From NCBI GenBank assembly GCA_910578255.1, contig CAJTQM010000001.1, forward strand, positions 27,488-91,487: 64,000 nucleotides of DNA, in the 5' to 3' direction. This DNA is from an uncultured Oscillospiraceae bacterium. GTDB lineage: Bacteria > Bacillota > Clostridia > Oscillospirales > Ruminococcaceae. Every line of letters begins with the position of its first letter. Position 1 is the first letter of the stretch. The position numbers and the translations under genes were made by a program. The notes under the pieces are model-generated. The model was given only the letters and a program-made list of their open reading frames with translations. It did not search any database and was not told the DNA's origin. Shown in pieces: positions 9,503-18,917 of this stretch.

Positions 9503-9671
9503 GAAGGCAAGGCCGTACAGGATATCATAACCCGAAATTTTTTATAAAGGAGAACGAGTGGATGTTAAGAGCATTTGAGTCGGTGATCGCAGCAAACCGG
9601 GAGGCTTATGCGAACTGATTTTTGCAAAACCTCCCATAGAAGATTTTTTTAAATTTCGGGAGGACTTTTTC

Positions 9672-10079
9672 GTGAACCAACCAGCTAAGAAAGAAGACAA
9701 AAGCGATTTTGGAGCAAAGGAGTTTGTCTGCAAGGTGTGCGGCGCGCTTGTCGGCCCCGTTTTTGACGGAGGCCGCCAGCGCAATCATTGTCCGGTATGC
9801 CTGTCCAGCATCCATCTGGACGACTTACCGGGGGACCGGTCGGCTGGTTGCGGCGGCATTATGGACCCGGTGGGCGTATGGGTGCGCAAAAACGGCGAAT
9901 GGGCGATCATCCACCGATGCCGCCGGTGCGGCGTTTTCCATTCCAATCGCGTCGCCGCTGACGACAATCCGTTAAAGCTGATGTCTATCGCGGTAAAACC
10001 GCTGGCCTCTCCGCCTTTTCCAATGGAGCGAATGGAGGAAATGGCAAGAGGAGAACAACTTTTGCCCAAAGAAAAATAG
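9672..10079 (+). CDS. RNHCP domain protein
   Basis: Contains the literal RNHCPVC motif plus further CxxC pairs (CKVCG, CRRCG). GTG start lies 8 nt after GGGAGG. Confidence 0.75.
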   Translation: MNQPAKKEDKSDFGAKEFVCKVCGALVGPVFDGGRQRNHCPVCLSSIHLDDLPGDRSAGCGGIMDPVGVWVRKNGEWAIIHRCRRCGVFHSNRVAADDNPLKLMSIAVKPLASPPFPMERMEEMARGEQLLPKEK

Positions 10080-10094
10080 GAGGGATTTTTCCCC

Positions 10095-10130
10095 AAAAAA
10101 AGCCGGCTATTTTTATAGCCGGCTTTTTTT
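10095..10130. terminator. Bidirectional terminator
   Basis: A7-GCCGGCTAT-TTTT-ATAGCCGGC-T7 between convergent genes. Confidence 0.85.
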
Positions 10131-10161
10131 GTCCTCTATGTATAAGGGTATAAGGGGAAAA

Positions 10162-11532
10162 TCAGGTCATGGCATAAGGATCCAGCAGCTTATTGATCTC
10201 CTCTTCGGTCAGCAGATTGCGGCCTAACAGCACATCCTTAACCGATTCCCCGGTACGGATAGCTGTTTTGGCGATATCCGCCGCCACCGAATAGCCTACC
10301 CGCGGGCAGATGGCGGTGATGATGCCCACGCTGTGGTCTACCAGTTCTTTACAATGGGCCTCGTTGGCGGTGATGTCGCAGATGCAGTTGTCGGTAAAGG
10401 TCTGGATTCCGCCGGTGAGGGTGTTGATGGATTCGAACAGCTTATAGAAAATGACCGGCTCAAAGGCGTTGAGTTCCAGCTGGCCCGCCTCTGCCGCCAT
10501 GGTGACGGTTACGTCGTTGCCGATGATGTTAAAGGCCACCTGGCTCATCACCTCGGGGATGACCGGGTTTACCTTACCGGGCATAATCGAGGAGCCGTTC
10601 TGCTTGGGCGGCAGGTTGATCTCGTGGAAGCCGGTACGGGGGCCTGAGGACATCATCCGCAGGTCGTTGGAGATTTTCGACAGGTTCACCGCGCAGGTCT
10701 TCATGGTAGCCGAAGCGGTGACAAAGCAGTCCAGATTCTGGGTGGAGTCGATCAGGTTTTTCGCCTGGCGCAGATCCAGCCCGGTAACGGTGGACAGATT
10801 GGACACGATGGCGCTGACATAGCTTTCGTCGGCGTTGATACAGGTGCCGATGGCGGTGCCGCCCATGTTGACATACATTAACTCATCGGTAATATGGGTC
10901 ATGCGGCCCAGATCCCGTTCCACTACCGCCCGGTAAGCGCCGAATTCCTGGCCCAGCCGAATCGGCACCGCGTCCTGCATCTGGGTGCGGCCCATTTTTA
11001 AGATGTGGTCAAATTCCTTTTCCTTTTTGCGCAGAGCGCCGATTAACCGGGTCAGCTGGAAGTTTGCCCCCTGCAAAAGCTTGATGGCAGTGATTTTGCC
11101 TGCGGTGGGGATTACGTCGTTGGTGGACTGGGACATATTGACATGGTCGTTGGGGTGAACGATGCTGTAATCGCCCTTTTCGCCGCCTAAAATTTCAATG
11201 GCCCGATTGGCAATCACCTCGTTGGCGTTCATGTTAAAGGAGGTTCCGGCGCCGCCCTGAATCGAGTCGGTGACAAAGGCGTCGTGCAATTTTCCCGCGA
11301 GAATTTCGTCGCAGGCCTCTACAATCGCGTCCTTGATTTTCTCCGGCAACTCACCGGTCTGGCAGTTGGTGATGGCCGCCGCCTTTTTCACCGCGGCCAG
11401 AGAGCGGATAAATTCCGGCTGTGCCCGCCGACCGGTGATGTTGAAGTTTTCATAGGCGCGCAACGTCTGTAAGCCGTAATACGCGTCCTTTTCAATTTCT
11501 TTGCTTCCAATTAAATCGGTTTCCACACGCAT
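10162..11532 (-). CDS. aspA: Aspartate ammonia-lyase
   Basis: 456 aa with the fumarate-lyase signature GSSIMPGKVNPVIPE. The VIPE variant is aspartase-like rather than fumarase TQCE. The N-terminus MRVETDLIG..YYG.QT.RA.ENF is aspartase-like. Confidence 0.85.
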   Translation of the reverse strand: MRVETDLIGSKEIEKDAYYGLQTLRAYENFNITGRRAQPEFIRSLAAVKKAAAITNCQTGELPEKIKDAIVEACDEILAGKLHDAFVTDSIQGGAGTSFNMNANEVIANRAIEILGGEKGDYSIVHPNDHVNMSQSTNDVIPTAGKITAIKLLQGANFQLTRLIGALRKKEKEFDHILKMGRTQMQDAVPIRLGQEFGAYRAVVERDLGRMTHITDELMYVNMGGTAIGTCINADESYVSAIVSNLSTVTGLDLRQAKNLIDSTQNLDCFVTASATMKTCAVNLSKISNDLRMMSSGPRTGFHEINLPPKQNGSSIMPGKVNPVIPEVMSQVAFNIIGNDVTVTMAAEAGQLELNAFEPVIFYKLFESINTLTGGIQTFTDNCICDITANEAHCKELVDHSVGIITAICPRVGYSVAADIAKTAIRTGESVKDVLLGRNLLTEEEINKLLDPYAMT

Positions 11533-11776
11533 GGTTTTTCCTCCCGCAAAAAAGATGTCTTATTTGTTGACAAAAACGGCTTTTTCCAATGGATCGAAGA
11601 GATCCGCCGGTAAAGCAGAATTCTTTGCGCCCTTGTATAAAAGACGCAATTCCTGCATCTTTTACAAATTATAGACCGGGAACTGGAAAAATGCAAGAAA
11701 AAAATGAAAGTTTTCCGTTTTTTTGCAGGGCCAAAAGAAAAGCCGGACTGGGGATGGATTCCAAAGCGGCCGCGCA

Positions 11777-12268
11777 TCAGCGGAAAAACCGCGCAAAGAC
11801 GGCTATTTTGTAATCTTCTTCGGGAAATATACCAATTGTATCGAATCCTGCCGAAGTGTAGAACCGGCGCAGGGTGTCGTTGCCCGCCCAGCAGTCCAGG
11901 TACAGGTCCTTTTTTGCCGCTTCGGCCAGCCGGGAAGCAAACCGGACCAGCGTCCGCCCCTCTCCTTTTCCCTGGCGGGCGGGGTGCAGCGCCACCCGGT
12001 ACAGATACCATTGGCCGCCGGGCTTCGCATCGCCGGGCAGCCAATGGGCGGATTCCAAGGGCCTTAGCGAAAAGGTCCCGGCCAAAGCGCCGCCGCCCCA
12101 GGCGGACCAGACCCGCCCCCCGGTGATTTCCCGGCGGATCTCCTCCGGGTCCCAGGGGGTTTCCCATTGGCGGATTCCCCGCCGGTGCAGATCTGCCGTC
12201 GCCTCATTTAACAGTTCTGTGAGGGCGCAGGCGTCTGAAAATACTGCTTTTTGGATGGAAAGGTCCAT
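11777..12268 (-). CDS. GNAT family N-acetyltransferase
   Basis: Start moved to the ATG at 12268, which follows AAGGAGG. Acetyl-CoA motif is HPARQGKGEGRTLV. Confidence 0.75.
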   Translation of the reverse strand: MDLSIQKAVFSDACALTELLNEATADLHRRGIRQWETPWDPEEIRREITGGRVWSAWGGGALAGTFSLRPLESAHWLPGDAKPGGQWYLYRVALHPARQGKGEGRTLVRFASRLAEAAKKDLYLDCWAGNDTLRRFYTSAGFDTIGIFPEEDYKIAVFARFFR

Positions 12269-12303
12269 AGCTTGCCTCCTTTGCCGCATATGAGCGGAAG
12301 GGA

Positions 12304-12822
12304 TTAAAGTTCGTCGTAAGAAACCAGTTCCTTTAAAGGAATACGGGTCTTCTGGTGGCGTTCTGGATCGGCAAGGGGCTTATCGGCGTATCCAACAGCC
12401 AGAATATTGACCGGCTCCAGATGGTCGGGAAGCTGGAACTCCTGACGCAGAACGTCCGGTTTAAAATAGCAGATCCATACGCTGCCCAATCCCAGTTCTG
12501 TGGCCTGCAGCATCATGTGGTCGGTCAGAATAGAAGCGTCGATATCCCCCGTCTGTTTTTGGTCATAGGAACGCACCCACGCCTTATTGCGGTCGGCGCA
12601 GACGATCACCGCTAAAGGCGCGCCGTAAATATTGGCGGCTTTGCCGATTTTTGTAAGGCCGTTCTCGCTTTGAACGGCGATCAGATGGATCGGCTGAAGG
12701 TTTGCGGCGGTAGGGGCGACATGGGCCGCCTGTAAAATTTTCTCCAATTTCTCCGGCTCCACCTTTTTGTCCGAATAGCTGCGAACGGAGCAGCGCTGTT
12801 TTGCCATTGTGATGAAATCCAT
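12304..12822 (-). CDS. Nitroreductase family protein
   Basis: Start moved to the ATG at 12822, which follows AAGGAG. RCSVRSY...AP(T/S)AANLQP is the nitroreductase N-terminal signature. Confidence 0.8.
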   Translation of the reverse strand: MDFITMAKQRCSVRSYSDKKVEPEKLEKILQAAHVAPTAANLQPIHLIAVQSENGLTKIGKAANIYGAPLAVIVCADRNKAWVRSYDQKQTGDIDASILTDHMMLQATELGLGSVWICYFKPDVLRQEFQLPDHLEPVNILAVGYADKPLADPERHQKTRIPLKELVSYDEL

Positions 12823-12975
12823 CCTGTTCAGCTCCTTGATTTTATTTTTTTGTGGTTTATAATAAATGTATCCTTTATCAAAAACCGCTGATTTTATTCT
12901 AGCAAGCTTTCGGTATATCCGCAAGATTGCACTTTTGGGGTAGATACTTTCCAAAAGAATAGGGGGCAAAACGCG

Positions 12976-13353
12976 ATGGAGAGAAAGCCTGTATGTGAAA
13001 AAGCAAGATTCGATTGCCCGGTGGAAGCCGCGCTTTCTTTTATCGGCGGAAAATATAAACCGCTTATTCTATGGTATTTGAAGGAAAACGCGCTGTACTA
13101 TATGCAGCTGCAGCGCCTGATTCCAAAAGCGACGCCCAAAATGCTTTCCCAGCAGCTTCACAGCCTGGAAAGCTGCGGAATGGTCCGCCGGGAGGTAATC
13201 CCGGAAAAGCCGCCGAGAACCAGGTATTCTCTTACGCCGTTTGGACAAAGCGTGATCCCGGTAATCGACGCGATGTGCGATTGGGGGGCGCTTTATATGA
13301 ATCAGCAGCTTGGCCGGTCCCCCTGCGGACGGGCTGTACTGCGGAAAAAATAG
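12976..13353 (+). CDS. HxlR family winged-helix transcriptional regulator
   Basis: CPVEAALSFIGGKYKPLILWYL...RYSLTPFG is the HxlR pattern. It is divergent from the nitroreductase gene, a common pairing. Confidence 0.85.
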   Translation: MERKPVCEKARFDCPVEAALSFIGGKYKPLILWYLKENALYYMQLQRLIPKATPKMLSQQLHSLESCGMVRREVIPEKPPRTRYSLTPFGQSVIPVIDAMCDWGALYMNQQLGRSPCGRAVLRKK

Positions 13354-13399
13354 CCTTGCGGACGAACGTATAGGGTCAGACAAGAAAGGGGGCAGGCGA

Positions 13400-13861
13400 A
13401 TGGAAATTCGCAGATACGATCCGGTGAATCTGCCGGAGATTTACCGGCTGTTTTACGATACGGTCCACCAGGTCAACCGAGCGGACTACACCCAGGCCCA
13501 GGTGGACGCCTGGGCCCCGGCGGAAATGGACCGCGCCCGGTGGGAAACCTCGCTGGCGGCTCACGAAACCTGGGTCGCGTGGGAGGGCGGCGAAATTGCC
13601 GGCTTCGGCGATTTGGGGGAGGAGGGCTACCTGGACCGGCTGTATGTGCAAAAGGATTTTTTGCGCCGGGGGGTCGCCTCCGCGATTTTGGACCGTCTGG
13701 AACAGTCGGCCTTACGGCAGAGATGCCGGCGCATGTATACCGAGGCGTCCATTACTGCCCGGCCATTTTTTGAGCGCCGGGGATACCAGGTGGTGAAAAA
13801 GCAGGAAAAACCCCTGCGCGGTCAGGTGTTTATCAATTTCGTCATGGAAAAAATACTGTAG
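13400..13861 (+). CDS. GNAT family N-acetyltransferase
   Basis: Internal ATG at 13400. The product is ~153 aa with the motif RRGVASAILDRLE and a C-terminal FFERRGY. Confidence 0.75.
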   Translation: MEIRRYDPVNLPEIYRLFYDTVHQVNRADYTQAQVDAWAPAEMDRARWETSLAAHETWVAWEGGEIAGFGDLGEEGYLDRLYVQKDFLRRGVASAILDRLEQSALRQRCRRMYTEASITARPFFERRGYQVVKKQEKPLRGQVFINFVMEKIL

Positions 13862-13887
13862 GAATAGAACAAAGGAGGAATTTGCCC

Positions 13888-14406
13888 ATGAAAAACCCAG
13901 TTGTAACAATTCAAATGGAAAACGGCAACCAGATGAAGGTGGAATTGTATCCGGAAATTGCGCCGAACACGGTGAAGAATTTTGTCTCCCTTGTAAAAAA
14001 GGGATTCTATGACGGCGTGATCTTCCACCGGGTGATTCCCGGCTTTATGATCCAGGGCGGGGATCCGGAAGGGGTCGGGACCGGCGGTCCCGGCTACAGC
14101 ATCAAAGGAGAGTTTGCGGCCAACGGCTTTCCCAACGATTTAAAGCACACAAAGGGCGTTATTTCCATGGCCCGGTCCTCCCGGCCGGACAGCGCTGGCA
14201 GCCAGTTCTTTATCATGGTGGACGACGCGCCCCATTTAGACGGCAGCTATGCGGCTTTCGGCAAGGTGATTGAGGGCATTGAGGAGGCGGACCGGATCGT
14301 ATCGGTCAAGCGGAATCTCTCGGACAAGCCGCTGGAGGATCAGCGGATGGCCAAGGTGACGGTGGAGACCTTCAGCGAGGAAGTCGGCGAGCCGGACACG
14401 CTGTAG
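13888..14406 (+). CDS. Cyclophilin-type peptidyl-prolyl cis-trans isomerase
   Basis: FHRVIPGFMIQGGDP and GSQFFI...APHLDG are cyclophilin signatures. ATG follows AAAGGAGGA. Confidence 0.9.
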   Translation: MKNPVVTIQMENGNQMKVELYPEIAPNTVKNFVSLVKKGFYDGVIFHRVIPGFMIQGGDPEGVGTGGPGYSIKGEFAANGFPNDLKHTKGVISMARSSRPDSAGSQFFIMVDDAPHLDGSYAAFGKVIEGIEEADRIVSVKRNLSDKPLEDQRMAKVTVETFSEEVGEPDTL

Positions 14407-14446
14407 CGTATCCCTGGTAGCTGGAAAAAGGAAGCTTTTACAAAGG

Positions 14447-14487
14447 GTACGGTATAACTCGGTAAAATGGGTTATACCGTATTTTTT
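14447..14487 (+). terminator. Terminator after the PPIase gene
   Basis: TACGGTATAAC ... GTTATACCGTA stem followed by TTTTTT. Confidence 0.8.
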
Positions 14488-14545
14488 GTTATGATGCAAA
14501 GAAAAAGTCCTGTGGGTTTTGCGCATTTCTCTTTTCTAAAACTCC

Positions 14546-14574
14546 TTGACAAACCGACCGGTTTTCTTCATACT
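14546..14574 (+). promoter_or_regulatory. Sigma-70-like promoter TTGACA-17-CATACT
   Basis: Consensus -35 with exact 17-nt spacing, ~110 nt upstream of the lipoprotein gene. Confidence 0.5.
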
Positions 14575-14681
14575 GTGTATAGTTTTTCCTGCCGTTTGCA
14601 CATTAAAAGCGCTTGCGTTTTTTAAACAGAGCAAAAAACGGCCGGCAGGACTTCGGGAAATTTTTCAAAGGAGTGGATCTT

Positions 14682-15443
14682 ATGAAAAAACTGTTGGTGG
14701 CAGTTCTGGCGCTGGCCCTTTTGGCCGGCTGTTCCTCCGCACCGCCGAAGGAGGATGCGGGTACCGCGTCCTCTGCGCCGGGCGAGGTGTCCGAGCCGGC
14801 CGCGTCTTCTTCCGAATCGGTCGCGCCATCCGAGCCAGATGAGGAACCCCAACCGGCGGCGGACTGGTTTTCGAGCAACGGCCTTCAGGTCATGCCGCAG
14901 GGTGGTTATACCATCCCCCTTCAGAGTGTGGAGTCTCTTGGCGATGCGGAAGGAATTGATTTTGACGCGGATTTTACAGTTAGCATTACCGAAACCCGTG
15001 AGGGAGTGGGGCCAAACGAAAAGATGGTAACCTGTCTGTTTACCTTTGATTTTTCCAACAATCCTCTCTCTGTTGTGAATTACTGGACCAGTGCGTTTGA
15101 CCGGTACACCGGCACCAGCTTTGAGTTCACTTCCGGCGTTACGTATGCTGACCGGGGAGAGACCAAAACCAAAAACGGTTACGCGCAAATCCCCCTGGAA
15201 GATGGCGGCTATGCCGATGTTTCCATCGACTTTACCGTCGACAGCGACTATCCGATTGTAGAAAAGACCATTTCGGTCATCTGCCCGGCCGACTACGACG
15301 GCGCGGTGTTCCAGATCGGGTACGACTGTGCGGCGAAGGTCGAAGCGACTACCAGTATTATGGCCGAGGAAAAGCTGCACCGTGTGGAGGAGTTGCCCTA
15401 CATCGGAGATGGCTACATGTACTTTTCGGCGACAGATCGCTGA
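14682..15443 (+). CDS. Lipoprotein, function unknown
   Basis: MKKLLVAVLALALLAGCSS is a signal peptide plus lipobox. A Ser/Pro/Glu-rich linker follows. RBS is AAAGGAG. Confidence 0.7.
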   Translation: MKKLLVAVLALALLAGCSSAPPKEDAGTASSAPGEVSEPAASSSESVAPSEPDEEPQPAADWFSSNGLQVMPQGGYTIPLQSVESLGDAEGIDFDADFTVSITETREGVGPNEKMVTCLFTFDFSNNPLSVVNYWTSAFDRYTGTSFEFTSGVTYADRGETKTKNGYAQIPLEDGGYADVSIDFTVDSDYPIVEKTISVICPADYDGAVFQIGYDCAAKVEATTSIMAEEKLHRVEELPYIGDGYMYFSATDR

Positions 15444-15452
15444 GTTTTTTCG

Positions 15453-15536
15453 ATGGCTCGGTCCTTCCGGTCGGCCGGCACCGGCAGCCAGTTTTCGATC
15501 ATGGTGGGCGACGCGCCCCATTTAGACGGCAGCTAA
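15453..15536 (+). pseudogene. Cyclophilin gene relic (27 codons plus stop) duplicating 14167-14249
   Basis: Translates to MARSFRSAGTGSQFSIMVGDAPHLDGS*, against MARSSRPDSAGSQFFIMVDDAPHLDGSY inside the intact PPIase gene. The last ~37 nt are nearly identical at the DNA level. Confidence 0.8.
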
Positions 15537-15571
15537 GAAAAAAGAGGCTTCGTAAAGAAGCCTCTTTTTTA
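15537..15571. terminator. Bidirectional terminator
   Basis: AAAAAAGAGGCTTC ... GAAGCCTCTTTTTT directly after the cyclophilin relic stop. Confidence 0.85.
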
Positions 15572-15579
15572 TCGCTTTT

Positions 15580-16356
15580 CTAAACCGCCGATGCTCCAGC
15601 AGATCGCTCGGCCAGCAGCTTTTCGAATTTCTTTTCGGAAAGGATTTCGTGGGTCACAAACTGTCCTTCATAAAATAAAGAAAAGGTGGTGAAAGGCGAC
15701 GGCGCGTTTTGGGCCGCTTCTCTTGTGTCCAGGTGGATGGCCTGGAACGCGGCGCCCTTTTCCCGGGCGAGTGCTTCTAAAAGCGGCACGTATTTGGCGG
15801 TGAAGGGACATTGATTCGTATAATACAGGGTAAATCCTTTGGCATCGCCATTCAGCTGCGGATTTTTTACCGCGTCTTTAAAGCGGGGCTTTTCACAATC
15901 CGGGTCAAACGGCAAATATAAAAGTTCGAAATACGGGTCCGCTTCGTCGGCGAGGAAAAACCCTTTATACCGCATATATTTTGGGTCGGAAAGAAAGCCC
16001 GTCTTCTTTTTGGAGGATAGGCAGACCAGCCCCTTTTTCCCCTTTGCTTTGCTGTCGTTGATACATTCATCCAGCAAAAGGCTGGAATATCCATGGCCCT
16101 TAAACTGCCCGGATACCCATAAGCAGTCGATGTACATAAACCCGTCCGCCTTTACCGGCGCCCAGGCGTATTCGGCGGGGATGTACTCGATAAAGCATTT
16201 GCCGCGCACATTCCCCTTTAAAAAGACAAGCCCCTCGTCCAACCGTTTTTCCAGCCAGGCCTTCTTCGACACCACCTGTACATCCTTATCGTTGGAAATG
16301 GCGCAGCAGATGTGTTCCTTCGAAAGATTCTCCCGGGTGATTTTGATAAACTCCAT
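15580..16356 (-). CDS. GNAT acetyltransferase with a YoaP-like C-terminal domain
   Basis: 258 aa. The N-terminal half MEFIKITRENLSKEHICCAISN...GHGYSSLLL and the thioredoxin-like C-terminal half (YYTNQCPF) match the YoaP architecture. Confidence 0.7.
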   Translation of the reverse strand: MEFIKITRENLSKEHICCAISNDKDVQVVSKKAWLEKRLDEGLVFLKGNVRGKCFIEYIPAEYAWAPVKADGFMYIDCLWVSGQFKGHGYSSLLLDECINDSKAKGKKGLVCLSSKKKTGFLSDPKYMRYKGFFLADEADPYFELLYLPFDPDCEKPRFKDAVKNPQLNGDAKGFTLYYTNQCPFTAKYVPLLEALAREKGAAFQAIHLDTREAAQNAPSPFTTFSLFYEGQFVTHEILSEKKFEKLLAERSAGASAV

Positions 16357-16407
16357 TTTTTGCTCCTCATATCATGCTGAAAGGTTCGGATCGCCCACCC
16401 GGACGCT

Positions 16408-16998
16408 TTACTCCTCGATGATCTTTTCCACCTTGACATGGTCGGAATACCCTGCGGTGACGATTTCCACAAAGGTATTTTTTTCGTGCAGGTAGTAGTA
16501 TTTAAAACGGATAGTGGAATCCTTGGGGATCGCGCTGATCGCGTAGCCCTTGTGGTTTTTGGTGTTCCAGCTTTGGGGCAGCGAAATCTGGTCCATATCC
16601 GCCTGCATTTTGTCGAACAGGTTAGAGGCAAAGCTTTCCAGACTATAAGTATTGGTATCTTCTTTGACCGAGATCCGGCAGGTTTCCAGCGTTTTTCCGT
16701 TGAGCAGGAAGATTTTTTCCGCCGTATAGGTCTCCGGCTGGGAATTGACCAGGTTCCCATCTTCGTCCACATAATTTTTTAACAACTCGGGGTCCTGAAA
16801 AATGGCGTCGGCTTCCTCTTCTGTCGTTACAAACCAAGGGGCGGGGAAGGAATAGGACAGACGCATAGACGGGATGGAAACCGTGTCTCCCTCTACCTTG
16901 ACGCAACGGTCTTCGGGGGATCCGGCACAGCCTGCCAGCAGCGCGGCGGCCATAACCAAGACCAAAAACAGAGAAAGCATCCGATTGGATTTTATCAT
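16408..16998 (-). CDS. Lipoprotein, function unknown
   Basis: Signal peptide with lipobox LLAGCAG. I recognise no family. Confidence 0.6.
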   Translation of the reverse strand: MIKSNRMLSLFLVLVMAAALLAGCAGSPEDRCVKVEGDTVSIPSMRLSYSFPAPWFVTTEEEADAIFQDPELLKNYVDEDGNLVNSQPETYTAEKIFLLNGKTLETCRISVKEDTNTYSLESFASNLFDKMQADMDQISLPQSWNTKNHKGYAISAIPKDSTIRFKYYYLHEKNTFVEIVTAGYSDHVKVEKIIEE

Positions 16999-17041
16999 AC
17001 GAAAAAAGGTCCTTTCTTGTTATGAATTTGCCGGAAGGCGG

Positions 17042-17833
17042 CTAAAGCTTGGACAAGGCCTCCCGCCGGCCGGGGAAGAAAAATTCCAGCGCGTACTGAA
17101 GGGATTGGTCCCAGAAGCCCCATTCATGAACGCCGGGCCATTCCCGGTAAGCAAATTCATAGGGCAGAGCCTGGATCGTATCCCGGAAGCGAACGTTGTG
17201 GGCATACAAAAAATCCTCACAGCCGCAGGTGACCATCACCTTAGGGCGCTGGCTCTTGGGCAGCCGCGCGGTCTTTTCTACCAGATAAAACAAATTATCC
17301 TCCGGTTTTATTACAAGATCTTCGCCGAAAATCGCCCTGGCCTCTCCCAGCAGGGCGGGGTCGGACTCGGACAGGGTGGCGCGCAGCGCCTCGATATCCA
17401 AACAGCCGGAGAATCCGGCACAGCCGGCGAACAGGTCCGGCCGGCGCAGCCCCAGTTTCACAGCGCCGTAGCCGCCCATGGAAAGACCCGCCGCAAAGCG
17501 GCCCTCCCGCCGTGAGGCGACCGAAAAAAGCCGCGCGCACAGCTGGGGAAGTTCCTCGGAAACATAAGAAAAATAGGCAAGGCCCGCCGCCATATCGGTA
17601 TAAAAGCTTCGCTGCACCTCCGGCATAATCAGCGCGACGCCATAGGCGTTGGCATACCGTTCCGCCGAGGTCATGCGGCACCAGACGTCCGCGTTTTCTC
17701 CGTGGCCGTGCAGCAGATAAACCACCGGGCACTCCTTTTCCGGCACCGCCGCCCGATCAATGGGGAGCACGACCGTCAGGCCGGTATCCATCCCCAGAAT
17801 CTTTGAACGGATTGAACCTTTAAAAAAAGCCAT
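17042..17833 (-). CDS. Esterase family protein (PF00756, tributyrin esterase / S-formylglutathione hydrolase-like)
   Basis: Start moved to the ATG at 17833, which follows AAGGAGG. Motifs are VVYLLHGHGENADVW and the nucleophile elbow GLSMGGYGA. Confidence 0.8.
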   Translation of the reverse strand: MAFFKGSIRSKILGMDTGLTVVLPIDRAAVPEKECPVVYLLHGHGENADVWCRMTSAERYANAYGVALIMPEVQRSFYTDMAAGLAYFSYVSEELPQLCARLFSVASRREGRFAAGLSMGGYGAVKLGLRRPDLFAGCAGFSGCLDIEALRATLSESDPALLGEARAIFGEDLVIKPEDNLFYLVEKTARLPKSQRPKVMVTCGCEDFLYAHNVRFRDTIQALPYEFAYREWPGVHEWGFWDQSLQYALEFFFPGRREALSKL

Positions 17834-17917
17834 AAGGCGCCTCCTTTTTTCAAGCGGCCGCTTTGCCGGCCGGCAGATACAGACACATTCTAACACCTTA
17901 TGATGAAAAAAACAACC

Positions 17918-18706
17918 TTACTGCGCCAAAAGCCGGAGGATGTTTTTGGAAAAGATGGACTCCATTTCCCCGCTGGACAGGCCGGATCTTTCAATCATCG
18001 CCTTTTCCTGCCGAGGATAGCTCCAGGGGCAGTCACTGGCAAAAAGAATCCGGTCGGCGCCGTGCTTTTGGATCAGCCGCTTTAGCTGGGCAGGATCCAT
18101 GGCCCCGGCACAGCAGGCAGTGTCCAGCCAAACAGGCTGCCCCGCCAGATACTCCTCCACCTCGTCCCACAGCCGCATACCGCCCATGTGGGCCAAAATC
18201 AGCTTTACTCCCGGGCAGTCCTCCAAAAGCTGGCGGCAGGCCCGGGGCCGGCAGTGGATGTGATCGGGGGAGAGGGGATCAAAGCCTGCGTGGACGACGA
18301 CGCAAAGCCCCAGGTCCCGGATCTTTCGGAAAATGGGCAGAATTCGGGGTTCGTCCATGTCAAAGCCCTGATAGTCCGGATGCAGCTTAACGCCCCGAAG
18401 CCCCAAACCGGCGATCCGTTCCAGTTCCGGCTCCCAGTCCGGCGCGTCCGGATGGACCGAGCCGAAGGGGATCACCCGCTCTGCGGCGATGGCGGCGCAG
18501 AAATCGTTGATGGATTTTTGCTGGGAGGGCTTGGTGGCAATGCTTAAAAAGACCCCTTTGTCCACCCCCCAGGCATCCATTTTTTTTAGCGTATCGGCCA
18601 GGGTCCCGTCGGTTTGGTTGACATAGCCGGAAATACTTGCCAGATGGGGGATAGCCTTCGGGGCCAGTGCGTCAGGGAAAATATGAATATGAGAATCAAT
18701 CAGCAT
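17918..18706 (-). CDS. Amidohydrolase family (PF04909-type TIM-barrel metal hydrolase)
   Basis: MLIDSHIHIFPD is the metal-binding start. HMGG and a DxPW-like motif occur later (SDCPW). Confidence 0.75.
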   Translation of the reverse strand: MLIDSHIHIFPDALAPKAIPHLASISGYVNQTDGTLADTLKKMDAWGVDKGVFLSIATKPSQQKSINDFCAAIAAERVIPFGSVHPDAPDWEPELERIAGLGLRGVKLHPDYQGFDMDEPRILPIFRKIRDLGLCVVVHAGFDPLSPDHIHCRPRACRQLLEDCPGVKLILAHMGGMRLWDEVEEYLAGQPVWLDTACCAGAMDPAQLKRLIQKHGADRILFASDCPWSYPRQEKAMIERSGLSSGEMESIFSKNILRLLAQ

Positions 18707-18826
18707 AATACAACATCCTTTCCAAACTAGGAGGAATATGGCAGTATTATACTAGCCTTTTTTGCCGCTGGCAAGGGCGGTAGGGGAAAAACGTCCGGCA
18801 TCTTTACACCAGGGCGGTTTTATGCT

Positions 18827-18901
18827 ATGGTAGAATAACGACAGAATCGTTATTCTACTGGATTTCTATGGCCGTCCTACGGACATGGCCAATTCTGCCA
18901 T
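18827..18901 (+). repeat. Structured interspersed repeat, copy 1 of 4
   Basis: ATGGTAGAATAACGACAGAATCGTTATTCTACTGGATTTCTATGGCCGTCCTACGGACATGGCCAATTCTGCCAT. It has terminal inverted repeats, an internal 10-5-10 palindrome and a GGCC-flanked hairpin. Confidence 0.85.
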
Positions 18902-18917
18902 TGGCGGCTTCGCCTCC

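Noticed and set aside
11533-11776. 244-nt spacer upstream of aspA, checked for regulatory RNA or repeats
   Set aside because: I found no convincing hairpin-plus-T-run, no repeat family member and no recognisable riboswitch core. It is probably just promoter and terminator space.
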